Positions 18,444 through 27,570 of a DNA stretch of 64,000 nt are shown here, piece by piece; within the stretch, counting starts at the first letter, position 1; each line of letters begins with the position of its first letter. Both the position numbers and the translations under genes were made by a program. The notes beneath the pieces were generated by a model. That model did not search any database. It was not told the DNA's origin and saw only the letters and a list, made by a program, of their open reading frames with translations. This DNA comes from Candidatus Magasanikiibacteriota bacterium (GTDB lineage Bacteria; Patescibacteriota; Patescibacteriia; Magasanikbacterales; UBA922): contig JAKITS010000001.1 in the NCBI GenBank assembly GCA_021648085.1, positions 452,948 to 516,947 on the forward strand, given 5' to 3'.

Positions 18444-19211
18444 ATGAACAGAGAGGAGAGTGTCTATTCTTGGGAAAATGATTATAATATTTCTTCACAA
18501 AATTTAATAGCACAAAATAAAAGTGGTAAAATTATATCTTTATTAGTAGTGTGCAATAACGAATATGGTAAATATTTTTTAATTAGATTTGTACAACCAA
18601 ATATAGACAAAGAAGTATGGAAAAAAATACAAACAGGTATGCAAAAATATTGTGTAGAGAGTAATGAGGAAATTTCTTTTATTTTTAGTACTTACGAAAA
18701 TGGTAAACAAAAATCTTTGGAGTTGGCAAACAAAATTCTACAAAGTGCTGGTTTTGTTTTAGAAGAAAAATTAAAAGTTCAAAAAGAGTTTAAAACACTT
18801 TATAATACATGTTCAAATATAAGTCCTGAAACATTTGAAAATTTTTTAAAAAAAATTTATTTTTGGAAAATACTTACACCAACAATATATACGGCTTGCC
18901 AAAAAAATGGGGCTCAACTATTGTTTATATGTCAAAACAATAGCGGATACTGGCGAGTATCCCTAAATATAAAATATTTAGAGATACTTTTGCAAAAAAA
19001 TTATACAGAATTATTAGAACTAATTTCAAACTTATTTGAAAATTCTCCGATATCAACCCTATTTCCAGTTTTTCAAATACAAATGAATTATTTATACAAG
19101 GAGTGGAATATCGGCCCTTTTGAAGATCCTGAAAAAGGCTTAAAACAAATTCAAAATGTTTTTGACAAAGTTCTACATAAACTAGGTTTTATTCTTTATC
19201 CTCATAAATAA
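18444..19211 (+). CDS. Hypothetical protein (orphan unit)
   Basis: 255 aa; TTGACC-18-TACTAT promoter, GAGGGG SD, terminator AAACCACACTTTT-C-AAAAGTGTGGTTT. Confidence 0.7.
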   Translation: MNREESVYSWENDYNISSQNLIAQNKSGKIISLLVVCNNEYGKYFLIRFVQPNIDKEVWKKIQTGMQKYCVESNEEISFIFSTYENGKQKSLELANKILQSAGFVLEEKLKVQKEFKTLYNTCSNISPETFENFLKKIYFWKILTPTIYTACQKNGAQLLFICQNNSGYWRVSLNIKYLEILLQKNYTELLELISNLFENSPISTLFPVFQIQMNYLYKEWNIGPFEDPEKGLKQIQNVFDKVLHKLGFILYPHK

Positions 19212-19264
19212 AAATAAACCACACTTTTCAAAAGTGTGGTTTTTTAAATTATATTTTTATTTTT

Positions 19265-19612
19265 CTACCTTCTAGCAAAAACTCCAGCAGTCACATCCAC
19301 ATAATCAATTTTGGAAATAGGAATCATCTCCAATTCTTGTAAACGATCTTGGATACTATGCATAGAACGATATTGTGAAATCTCAAAACTTAATTTATCA
19401 TTTTCACGCTCTAGTGATACTAGTTGTTTTTCCAAATCAGCAATTTGATAACCTTTTGTAGCCACAGAATTAACACTTCCCAAATACATAATCCCAAAAA
19501 AAGCAATCAAACAGAAAAGGAGTGCGCGAGTAGTTTTTGTCATAAACCACTTTCGAGCTTTCAATTTCTCGTCTCGCATTGCATGATTTTTATTGTGATT
19601 GTTTACACGCAT
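19265..19612 (-). CDS. ftsL: FtsL-like cell division protein
   Basis: One TM helix plus coiled coil; follows mraZ-rsmH. Confidence 0.65.
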   Translation of the reverse strand: MRVNNHNKNHAMRDEKLKARKWFMTKTTRALLFCLIAFFGIMYLGSVNSVATKGYQIADLEKQLVSLERENDKLSFEISQYRSMHSIQDRLQELEMIPISKIDYVDVTAGVFARR

Positions 19613-19613
19613 A

Positions 19614-20507
19614 TTATATTTTTTCTGCAACTCTTAATTTTGCACTTCTAGCTCGCCTATTTTCATTTAATTCTTCTTGTCCTGGCGAAACTGGCTTTTT
19701 TGTAATAATTTTCAACTTATTTTGCTGTGATTTGAAAAAATGTTTTACAACCCTATCTTCCAAAGAATGAAAACTTATAACAGCCAGTCTTCCGCCTGTT
19801 TTCAAATTTTCTACAGCTTGAGGAAGTACATCTTTCAAAATACGGATCTCATCGTTTACAGCAATTCGCAGTGCTTGTAAAATTCTAGTTGCCGGATGTA
19901 TTTTTTCTCTTGAACCCTTCTTTTTGTAAATATCCATTGCAATTTCTACCAACTGACCTGTTTTAGAAAATTTTTCTTTTCTTCTTTTTTCAATTACAAC
20001 TTTTGCAATATCTTTGGCAAATCTCTCTTCACCATATTCACGAAAGATTTTCTCCAATTCTTCAAAACTCGCATTGTTTAATATATCTGCTGCTGTTTCA
20101 GAATTTTCATGATCTTGGGCATTTCCACCAAACCTCATATCTAACAGTTCATCTTTTTGAAAAGAAAATCCACGACCACGCTCTTCAAACTGTGGACTAG
20201 ACCAGCCTAAATCAAACAAGATTGCATCCACTTCTTTAAAAACCTCTTTTTCCAAAATCTTGCTAAAGTTAGAAAAATTATCTCTGACCAATACAACATT
20301 TTCTTCTGAAGATTCTAAAAATTTTTTTGCACGCAAAATTGCCTCGGGATCCATATCTATCCCAAGCAATTTTCCATTTGGTAAAATCTTTTCTAAAATG
20401 AGCTCCGAATGCCCTGCATCGCCAAGCGTCCCATCCACGACCTTCATTCCAGACTTCAAATTTAACAACTCTACCACCTCATTCACTAATACTGGTTTAT
20501 GTCTCAT
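19614..20507 (-). CDS. rsmH: 16S rRNA m4C1402 methyltransferase
   Basis: HKPVL, DGTLGxAGHS, QALRIAVN, SFHSLEDR, RSAKLR. Confidence 0.98.
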   Translation of the reverse strand: MRHKPVLVNEVVELLNLKSGMKVVDGTLGDAGHSELILEKILPNGKLLGIDMDPEAILRAKKFLESSEENVVLVRDNFSNFSKILEKEVFKEVDAILFDLGWSSPQFEERGRGFSFQKDELLDMRFGGNAQDHENSETAADILNNASFEELEKIFREYGEERFAKDIAKVVIEKRRKEKFSKTGQLVEIAMDIYKKKGSREKIHPATRILQALRIAVNDEIRILKDVLPQAVENLKTGGRLAVISFHSLEDRVVKHFFKSQQNKLKIITKKPVSPGQEELNENRRARSAKLRVAEKI

Positions 20508-20518
20508 ACTTCCTTATT

Positions 20519-20950
20519 TTATACCCCCAAATCCGCCATCTGCTCTGCTATTTCACTACTTTCTTGTTCTGCTTTTGTAGTATATTCCACCCACTTTTCC
20601 TGATCCCAAATCTCCAATCTATTGTACAAACCTGCCACAATAGTTGTTTTTTTGAGCCCAGCAAAACTGCGCAAATATTCTGGCAAAACTATTCTTCCCT
20701 GCTTGTCTATATCCACATCCATTGCTCCAGCCAACATAAGTCTAGAAAACGCACGACTCTTGGCCTGACTAAAAGGCAAAGAAGCAAGTTTTTCCGCTAG
20801 CTTTTCCCATTCTTTTTTTGTATAAAGAAATAAACAATTGTCCAATCCACGAGTAATTACTGCACCACCTTTTAGATCTTCTCTAAATTTCTTTGGCACA
20901 GCCATTCTCCCCTTCTCGTCTAAATTGTGCTTGTATTCTCCAATAAACAT
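20519..20950 (-). CDS. mraZ: Transcriptional regulator MraZ
   Basis: MFIGEYxHNLDEKGR, DKQGRI, RLEIW. Confidence 0.98.
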   Translation of the reverse strand: MFIGEYKHNLDEKGRMAVPKKFREDLKGGAVITRGLDNCLFLYTKKEWEKLAEKLASLPFSQAKSRAFSRLMLAGAMDVDIDKQGRIVLPEYLRSFAGLKKTTIVAGLYNRLEIWDQEKWVEYTTKAEQESSEIAEQMADLGV

Positions 20951-20984
20951 AATTTTTTTAATGAGGCAAACCTCTTTGTGGTGT

Positions 20985-21223
20985 CAATCCTAATTTGAGT
21001 GATATAACCTATTGGTTAGTATTTTTTCAAACTAGTGAAAGAGCAAACGCTCAAATTAGGATTGGGGGCTATCACCAAATATTATTTTGTTGGCTAAATC
21101 TTCAAATTTTGAGCGGGACGAAAAGAAAAAATCTTTGCCCTGCCATAGCATCGGAAATATTTTTTCTTAAAGTCGCAGTCAAAATTTGAAGATTTAGGTA
21201 GAAATAGTGTTTGGTGATAGCCC
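20985..21223. other. Two long hairpins in the mraZ leader (structured RNA or inserted palindromic element)
   Basis: CAATCCTAATTTGAG(20985-20999)/CTCAAATTAGGATTG(21050-21064); GGGCTATCACCAAA/TTTGGTGATAGCCC enclosing CTAAATCTTCAAATTTTGA/TCAAAATTTGAAGATTTAG. Confidence 0.7.
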
Positions 21224-21247
21224 TATAGTAGGAAGACAAGCATTTTC

Positions 21248-21299
21248 CCCACTTCTCACCACTTATATCCATTATATACCACTTCCGCACATTTCTCAA
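21248..21299 (-). promoter_or_regulatory. mraZ promoter with overlapping MraZ-box repeats
   Basis: TTGAGA-17-TATAAT; (G/A)TGG-type repeats at exact 10-bp period (CCCAC 21248, ACCAC 21258, TCCAT 21268, ACCAC 21278). Confidence 0.8.
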
Positions 21300-21305
21300 C
21301 CATAC

Positions 21306-21314
21306 TTATCCACA
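21306..21314 (+). promoter_or_regulatory. Perfect DnaA box next to the mraZ promoter
   Basis: TTATCCACA. Confidence 0.6.
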
Positions 21315-21358
21315 GGGTAGAAAATCATGATGCACGATACAGATAACATGAGGCAAAA

Positions 21359-21660
21359 AACACACATCATCCTGAGCGAAATGGAGCAAAGCGGAATGCA
21401 GTCGAATGCCTGCCGGCAGGCAGGGATCTTGAAATAGTTTCACTAAATTAAGAATTAACAAAGAATAAAAAAGACGGGCTAAAGTTTTATTTTAATTATT
21501 TATACTTTGATTATGTTGTACGGGGATCCGTTCGACTCCACTTCGTTTCGCTCAGGATGACGTGTGTTAATTTATCATTCTCAGCTTGACTTAGGAATCC
21601 AGAATCTCCAAATAAGAACATTGATTCAAACCTTAAAACCACAATCAAGTTGGGAATGAC
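21359..21660. repeat. REP/REPIN-like cluster 1
   Basis: TCATCCTGAGCG...CGCTCAGGATGAC inverted pair, plus TCATTCTCAGCTTGACTTAGGAATCC...TCAAGTTGGGAATGAC pair. Confidence 0.8.
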
Positions 21661-21744
21661 AAAAAAGGAACACAGGACATTCTACAAAAAATAAAAAAAA
21701 CCGTTAGTTTTACCTAACGGCTTTTAAAAAACCGATGTCTTTTT

Positions 21745-21861
21745 TCAAAAAAAGTATATGGAATTTTGCTCAATAAAAAAAATAGAAATAAACCAGGTAA
21801 AAATCCTACGACAAATAGAACACTCCCCCTTCACCCCTAAAGCCTTAAATTTTGTAGCCAT
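21745..21861 (-). CDS. 38-aa small protein MATKFKALGVKGECSICRRIFTWFISIFFIEQNSIYFF (orphan unit)
   Basis: AAGGAGG SD; CTGACA-17-TATAAT promoter; terminator CCGTTAG-TTTTAC-CTAACGG at ~21701-21720; below the ORF-track cutoff. Confidence 0.45.
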   Translation of the reverse strand: MATKFKALGVKGECSICRRIFTWFISIFFIEQNSIYFF

Positions 21862-21951
21862 TACTTCCTCCTTTAGGAAAAGTATTGAAAAATGAACTAA
21901 AAACTACTAACTCAGAATTATATCCTATTTTACTCCTTTTGTCAGCCTTTT

Positions 21952-23211
21952 TTACCTTATTTTCCTCAACTTCCTCTGATAATTTATTGCAAACCTGTGC
22001 GCCTCATCGCGCACTTTTATGAAAGTTTCTTTGTTTTCTTCTACCAACTTATAATTTATCTGATCAAAAATAAATTCATTCTTTTTTCGTTTGGCGCCTT
22101 TTGCGATTCCAACCACAGGAATTTCTACACTAAATTCCTTCAAAATCTTTTTTACTCTGTTTACTTGCGGTTTTCCACCGTCTATTAGAAATACATTCGG
22201 CAAAAGCCACTTGTCATTACTCTGCTCATCTATGTCCACTGCCCCAGAATGGCGAAGCCTTCTTCTTATTACTTCTTCCAAACAAGCTGTATCGTTTTGT
22301 CCTTTTACAGTTCTTATTTTAAATTTTCTATATTTACTTTTGTTTGCTTCACCGTTTTCAAACACAACCATAGAGCCAACTTTGCCAGTTTCACCCAGAT
22401 TAGAAATATCATAACCTTCTATTCTTTTTAATTTTTTCTCATCTTCAATGTTTGCCACAAAACTTTTGTTTATAAGTGCAATATCACGAATTTCTTGAAG
22501 AGAAAAAATCTGATTGCGAAGTCTGCGCGCCTCCTCGAACTCTTCTTTTTTTGCACTCTCTTTCATCCTTATTTTTAGCTGTTTTATCAAAATCTTCTTT
22601 TTTCCATTCAAAAATAATCCAAGCGGATTTACAATTTTTCTTTTATAATCTTTTGCAGAAATTTCACCTACACAAACACCTTCGCACTGATGCATTTGAT
22701 AATACATACAAGATCGTTTTGCGTTTGGTTTGCACACAGAAAAATGAAAGATCCTACGAAGTACTGCTAAAGTTTCCTTAGATTTTAATCCAGGAAAAGG
22801 CCCAAAAATTTTTAAATATTTCTTTTTTATTTCTTTTTCAGAAAATTGCTTGAAAGTGTGCTGACGCAAAGTCAAAACACGCGAAAATTCATCTTTTGTA
22901 AAAATTATATAATTCCAACTTTTATCGTCCTTCCCTTTTACATTATATTTTGGCTCATACTTTTTTATATAAATTGCCTCCAAAATCACTGCTTCCAGTA
23001 CAGAATCAGTTTGCTTGTATTTTATATTTTTTACCTCGTGAATCAACTCTTCTATTGGTCTAGAAGTTCTTTGCCCAGCAAAATAACTACGCACACGACT
23101 TTTGAGCGAAGTCGCCTTTCCTACATATATAAGCTGTTTTTTTACACAATAAAAAAGATAAATTCCTGGTTTATCTGGTAAATTTTGGATTTTTTTCTTT
23201 ATATTCTGCAT
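21952..23211 (-). CDS. uvrC: Excinuclease ABC subunit C (short form, no C-terminal HhH)
   Basis: PGIY..IYVGKA GIY-YIG domain, IEGYDIS, IDGGKPQ, RDEAHRFA. Confidence 0.93.
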   Translation of the reverse strand: MQNIKKKIQNLPDKPGIYLFYCVKKQLIYVGKATSLKSRVRSYFAGQRTSRPIEELIHEVKNIKYKQTDSVLEAVILEAIYIKKYEPKYNVKGKDDKSWNYIIFTKDEFSRVLTLRQHTFKQFSEKEIKKKYLKIFGPFPGLKSKETLAVLRRIFHFSVCKPNAKRSCMYYQMHQCEGVCVGEISAKDYKRKIVNPLGLFLNGKKKILIKQLKIRMKESAKKEEFEEARRLRNQIFSLQEIRDIALINKSFVANIEDEKKLKRIEGYDISNLGETGKVGSMVVFENGEANKSKYRKFKIRTVKGQNDTACLEEVIRRRLRHSGAVDIDEQSNDKWLLPNVFLIDGGKPQVNRVKKILKEFSVEIPVVGIAKGAKRKKNEFIFDQINYKLVEENKETFIKVRDEAHRFAINYQRKLRKIR

Positions 23212-23299
23212 AACTTAAGACCTCTTCACTTGATTTTTCTATTATAATATGTTATTATCTTTTATTCAGTTCATTTCAACTCACCGATTAGGAGACATA

Positions 23300-23926
23300 A
23301 TGGAAAAACGACTTACAGACAGATTAAAAAATACAAATCCTTTTTTTGTTTACACGGCACTATTCATATTATATGAAGTATTATATGTAATTACAAACAG
23401 AATTCCAACTTTTTATGGGCCATTTGAATTGCCAAAAATATTTTACGAAGACCAAATCCCACTTATTCCAGAAACATCTTTGGTTTACATTTCTATCTTT
23501 GGTTTTATGGCTATTACAATTTGGATGTTGCCGAGAAAATACAAAAACCCAACAGCTATAATATTTATGTATTTACTGTTTATTCACACCTTCATATTCT
23601 TATTTTTTCCAACTATTTATCCGCGCGAAGAGATTACTAATAAATATGGAATATTCGATTGGCTTATGCACGATATAATTCAAGAGTTGGATACTCCACG
23701 AAACTGTTTCCCCTCTCTCCATGTTTCACTTCCGTTTACAATGGCTTTTGTCTGGTTAAAATTAAGTAAAAAAATTGGAATTGTTATACTTTTTATTGCG
23801 ACTTTAATTGCACTTTCAACACTCACTACAAAACAGCATTATTTGCTAGATGTGTTTAGTGCAATAGCAGTTTCATTTATTTTAGTACAGCTAAAGTTCA
23901 AAAATCCTCAAACCTCTTTCTATTGA
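23300..23926 (+). CDS. PAP2-superfamily membrane phosphatase/phosphotransferase (SD-led unit)
   Basis: FPTIYPR, NCFPSLH, KQHYxxDV; TTGATT-17-TATTAT promoter; AGGAG SD before ATG 23300. Confidence 0.85.
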   Translation: MEKRLTDRLKNTNPFFVYTALFILYEVLYVITNRIPTFYGPFELPKIFYEDQIPLIPETSLVYISIFGFMAITIWMLPRKYKNPTAIIFMYLLFIHTFIFLFFPTIYPREEITNKYGIFDWLMHDIIQELDTPRNCFPSLHVSLPFTMAFVWLKLSKKIGIVILFIATLIALSTLTTKQHYLLDVFSAIAVSFILVQLKFKNPQTSFY

Positions 23927-23937
23927 AAGAGGTTTTT

Positions 23938-26517
23938 TTATTTTAAACTTCTTTTCAAATATTTTCCAGTGTGACTAAAACCATTCATCGCCACATCTTC
24001 TGGAGTGCCATATACTACAACTTCTCCACCTTTGTCTCCGCCATCTGGACCCAGATCAATTATCCAATCTGCACATTTTATCAAGTCCAAATTATGCTCT
24101 ATTATCATTACAGTATTTCCTTGAGACACAAGTCTTTGAAGTACAACTATCAATTTTTTTATATCATCATAATGAAGCCCCGTTGTAGGCTCATCTAATA
24201 AATACAAAGTTTTTGTGGTATTTCTTTTTGCCAATTCTTTACTCAATTTTATTCTCTGAGCCTCTCCACCAGAAAGCGTGGTTGCAGATTGCCCCAAAGT
24301 CAAGTAGTCCAAACCAACCTCATTTAAAACTTTTAGTTTGTCATAAATTTGTGGAATATCTTTAAAAAATTCTTCAGCTTCTGCAATTGTCATATTCAAA
24401 ATATCAGAAATATTTTTTCCTTTAAAATAAATTTTTAAAGTTTCATTGTCAAATCTGTGCCCACGACAAACATCACAATCCACCTGAACGCTTGGCAAAA
24501 AATGCATTTCAATAGTCAAAATACCCTTTCCTTCGCAATTTTCACATCTTCCGCCAACAGTATTAAAACTAAACCTTCCTTTTTTATAACCACGCATTCT
24601 AGCCTCTGGCGTAGATGCAAATAAATCACGAACATGGTCGAAAACTTTTGTATAAGTTGCAGGATTACTTCGAGGAGTTCTTCCAATTGCACGCTGATCT
24701 ATTTTAATTATCTTATCTATATATTCTGTATTCAAAACTTGCTTATATTTACCTGTTTTTTTCTTCACATGATTCAGCCTGTTTGCAACAGTTCTGTACA
24801 AAATATCATTCATCAAAGTAGATTTTCCAGATCCAGAAACACCAGTCAAACACACAAATCTGCGAAGTGGAATTTCTACATTTATATCTTTCAGGTTGTG
24901 CTCTTCTGCTCCTTTTATTTTAATTTTTGGAGTTGTTCTATCTACTTTTCTTCTTTTTTCTGGGACTTCTATTTTCAACTCCCCTCTTAAATATTTTCCG
25001 GTTAAACTATCTACTGTTCCACTCGCCGTACAGCCATAATTATTACTAATTTTGTGATTCTTTTTTGCATCCAGCAAATCATCTGTTCTACCAGAATAAA
25101 TTATATTTCCACCTTTTTTTCCTGCTTCTGGACCAATATCCACAACCCAATCACTCGCCAAAATTGTATCTTCATCATGCTCCACTACAATTACAGTATT
25201 CCCAATATCACAAAGCTGACGAAGTGTTGCAACTAGTTGTTCGTTGTCTTTTTGATGAAGCCCAATTGTAGGCTCATCCAAAACATAAAGTGCACCCACA
25301 AGCTTAGTGCCAACCTGTGATGCAAGGCGAATTCTCTGTGCTTCTCCACCACTCAAAGTCCCAGATCTGCGAGCCAAAGTTAGATAATGCAATCCAACAT
25401 TAAGCATAAAACTAAGTCGATTTTTTATTTCATTTAGTGCAGCAGAAACAATTTCAACCTCTTTCTCATTTAAACCATCCAAATTATTAAAAAAATCTGC
25501 CACATCTGCAATAGTCAAACTCACAAGTTCAAAAATATTTTTTCCACCAACTTTTACATTTAAAGCGTCATTATTCAATCTTCTACCTTCACAAACAGGG
25601 CAAACCTCTTCACTAAACAATTCTTTGGTTCCAAGTCCATGACAATATTTACAATAACCATAAGGACTATTGAAACTAAACATTCTAGGCTCAATTTCTG
25701 GAAAACTATAACTATCTACAGGACAAGAATATTCTGTACTATAAAGCGACTCATCTATATCTGGATAAACTACAATACAAAGTCCATTTGATAAATCAAC
25801 TGCATTTTCCACAGCTTCTGCCAAACGCTCTTTTGTTTCTTTATTTTGTACTTTTTCGTCCCCTGCCAAAGGAATTCTATCTACCACCACTTCTATAGTG
25901 TGTTTTTTCTTTTTTTCCAAAATTATTTGATCACGCAAACTTTTTAACCTTCCATCCACACGAACCTCTAAATATCCAGAGTTATATAAATCATAAAGCA
26001 TTTGATAATACTCCCCTTTTCTACCACGAACAACAGGAGAAAATATTACCAATTCCTGAGCTTTTATTTTTACATTTTTCTTTTTTAAAACCTCTACAAT
26101 TTTATCTACCATCTCGTCCACTGTCATCTTTTCTATTTTTGTATTACATTGCGGGCAGTATGGTTTCCCAATTCTTGCATAAATAACACGCAAATAATCA
26201 TAAATTTCTGTAATTGTAGCAACTGTAGAACGAGGATTTGCACTGTGAGTTTTTTGATCAATTGAGATAGCTGGAGAAAGTCCTTCTATTTCATCTACAT
26301 CTGGCTTTTGCATACTCCCCAAAAACTGCCGAGCATAAGAAGACAAACTTTCTATATATCTTCTCTGACCTTCTGCAAAAATAGTATCAAAAGCCAAAGA
26401 AGACTTCCCCGAACCAGAAAGACCTGTAAACACAATCATTTTGTTGCGCGGCAATTCTAAATTTATGTTTTTTAGATTATGCTCTCGTGCACCTTTTATA
26501 ACTATTTTTTCTTGCAT
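23938..26517 (-). CDS. uvrA: Excinuclease ABC subunit A
   Basis: Two ABC modules ([27 protein letters not shown]) and zinc fingers. Confidence 0.98.
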   Translation of the reverse strand: MQEKIVIKGAREHNLKNINLELPRNKMIVFTGLSGSGKSSLAFDTIFAEGQRRYIESLSSYARQFLGSMQKPDVDEIEGLSPAISIDQKTHSANPRSTVATITEIYDYLRVIYARIGKPYCPQCNTKIEKMTVDEMVDKIVEVLKKKNVKIKAQELVIFSPVVRGRKGEYYQMLYDLYNSGYLEVRVDGRLKSLRDQIILEKKKKHTIEVVVDRIPLAGDEKVQNKETKERLAEAVENAVDLSNGLCIVVYPDIDESLYSTEYSCPVDSYSFPEIEPRMFSFNSPYGYCKYCHGLGTKELFSEEVCPVCEGRRLNNDALNVKVGGKNIFELVSLTIADVADFFNNLDGLNEKEVEIVSAALNEIKNRLSFMLNVGLHYLTLARRSGTLSGGEAQRIRLASQVGTKLVGALYVLDEPTIGLHQKDNEQLVATLRQLCDIGNTVIVVEHDEDTILASDWVVDIGPEAGKKGGNIIYSGRTDDLLDAKKNHKISNNYGCTASGTVDSLTGKYLRGELKIEVPEKRRKVDRTTPKIKIKGAEEHNLKDINVEIPLRRFVCLTGVSGSGKSTLMNDILYRTVANRLNHVKKKTGKYKQVLNTEYIDKIIKIDQRAIGRTPRSNPATYTKVFDHVRDLFASTPEARMRGYKKGRFSFNTVGGRCENCEGKGILTIEMHFLPSVQVDCDVCRGHRFDNETLKIYFKGKNISDILNMTIAEAEEFFKDIPQIYDKLKVLNEVGLDYLTLGQSATTLSGGEAQRIKLSKELAKRNTTKTLYLLDEPTTGLHYDDIKKLIVVLQRLVSQGNTVMIIEHNLDLIKCADWIIDLGPDGGDKGGEVVVYGTPEDVAMNGFSHTGKYLKRSLK

Positions 26518-26621
26518 AGAAAACTAATTGTATCAGAAAAGTAGTATTTTGTAAATATAATTGAATTAAAATATACTTTATGCTAGATTTTAAATAAGCT
26601 CTTTCACAAATGGAGGTAAAA

Positions 26622-27041
26622 ATGGACACGCAGGTTGAATCAGTGGATTATATTTCTATTTTTCTAATGACTTTGGTAAATTCTTTAATAGAATCTACAT
26701 ATACAATTGCCATATATTTTTTATGTTTTTCTGTGTTTATCTTTTTTGTAGTATTTTTAGTTAGAGAAATACTCAAAAAAAGACTTAGGGAAGAAGTACT
26801 CATAATACTTTATCTAAACAGATGTTTTATAAATTCAGAAAAAAGTTTTCCTTTTACAAGAATAAGAAGTGAAATGAGTTTCAAAAAAGATATTAAACCA
26901 AAACAAATTGCAAAATTACTAGCAAATTTGATATATCGAGAGCTAATTCAAGAGGTAAAAGATAGAAAAAATAGTTTATATTGGAATGAAAAACACTACG
27001 CACTCACCCAAAAAGGTAGAAATTTGTTCATAAGTACTTGA
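26622..27041 (+). CDS. Hypothetical protein, TM plus possible winged helix (orphan unit)
   Basis: GGAGG SD before ATG 26622; TTGAAT-17-TAGATT; C-terminal L..RELI....Y.LT.KG pattern is wHTH-like. Confidence 0.6.
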   Translation: MDTQVESVDYISIFLMTLVNSLIESTYTIAIYFLCFSVFIFFVVFLVREILKKRLREEVLIILYLNRCFINSEKSFPFTRIRSEMSFKKDIKPKQIAKLLANLIYRELIQEVKDRKNSLYWNEKHYALTQKGRNLFIST

Positions 27042-27067
27042 CAAATATTAAAAAATAGAGTAGTAAA

Positions 27068-27213
27068 GACTCACTACTTAGAATATCAAGATCATTTGAT
27101 AATTTAAGTAGGTACGAATACAAAAAACCTACAACCGACAGTCTTGTCTCTGGAATCTGTCATGGCTCCAAAGACAAAGCCCCGCTACTTTCTAGGTAGT
27201 GGGGTTCTTTTTT
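27068..27213 (+). ncRNA. Candidate small structured RNA (or structured 3' UTR)
   Basis: TTGACA at 27038; hairpin 27074-27111 with G-U pairs; hairpin 27144-27177 whose loop CTGTC can pair with GACAG 27137-27141; terminator GCCCCGCTAC/GTAGTGGGGT followed by a U run; no ORF. Confidence 0.4.
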
Positions 27214-27219
27214 ATTGTT

Positions 27220-27543
27220 ATCATATTGAGCGGAGTGAAACGGAGTTGAAAACCCAATGCACGTCATATTGAGTGGAGTGAAACGGAGTCGAAATATCTC
27301 GATTTAATTTCATTAGAACTTTGAATATTTTATGTTTTGGTGATGATACTGTCCCGAGATCCTTCGGCTTCGCTCAGGATGACGTGTGGGATTTTTGTCA
27401 TCCCCAACTTGATTGGGGATCCCCGCCTACCGGCGGACAAACAAAATTTATATAATAGTGTAATTATTATAGTTTATATATTTTTATATAAAAATAATTC
27501 TGATTTGTAGACTCTGGATTCCCGATCGGGGTCGGGAATAACA
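27220..27543. repeat. REP/REPIN-like cluster 2
   Basis: Two TCATATTGAG(C/T)GGAGTGAAACGGAGT copies; AGATCCTTCGGCTTCGCTCAGGATGAC; GTCATCCCCAACTTGATTGGGGATCC...GGATTCCCGATCGGGGTCGGGAATAAC. Confidence 0.8.
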
Positions 27544-27570
27544 ATACATATCCAGTTTTATTTTCATGTC

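Noticed and set aside
20995-21299. ORFs 20995-21189 and 21102-21299
   Set aside because: They overlap the hairpins, MraZ boxes and promoter; no coding character.
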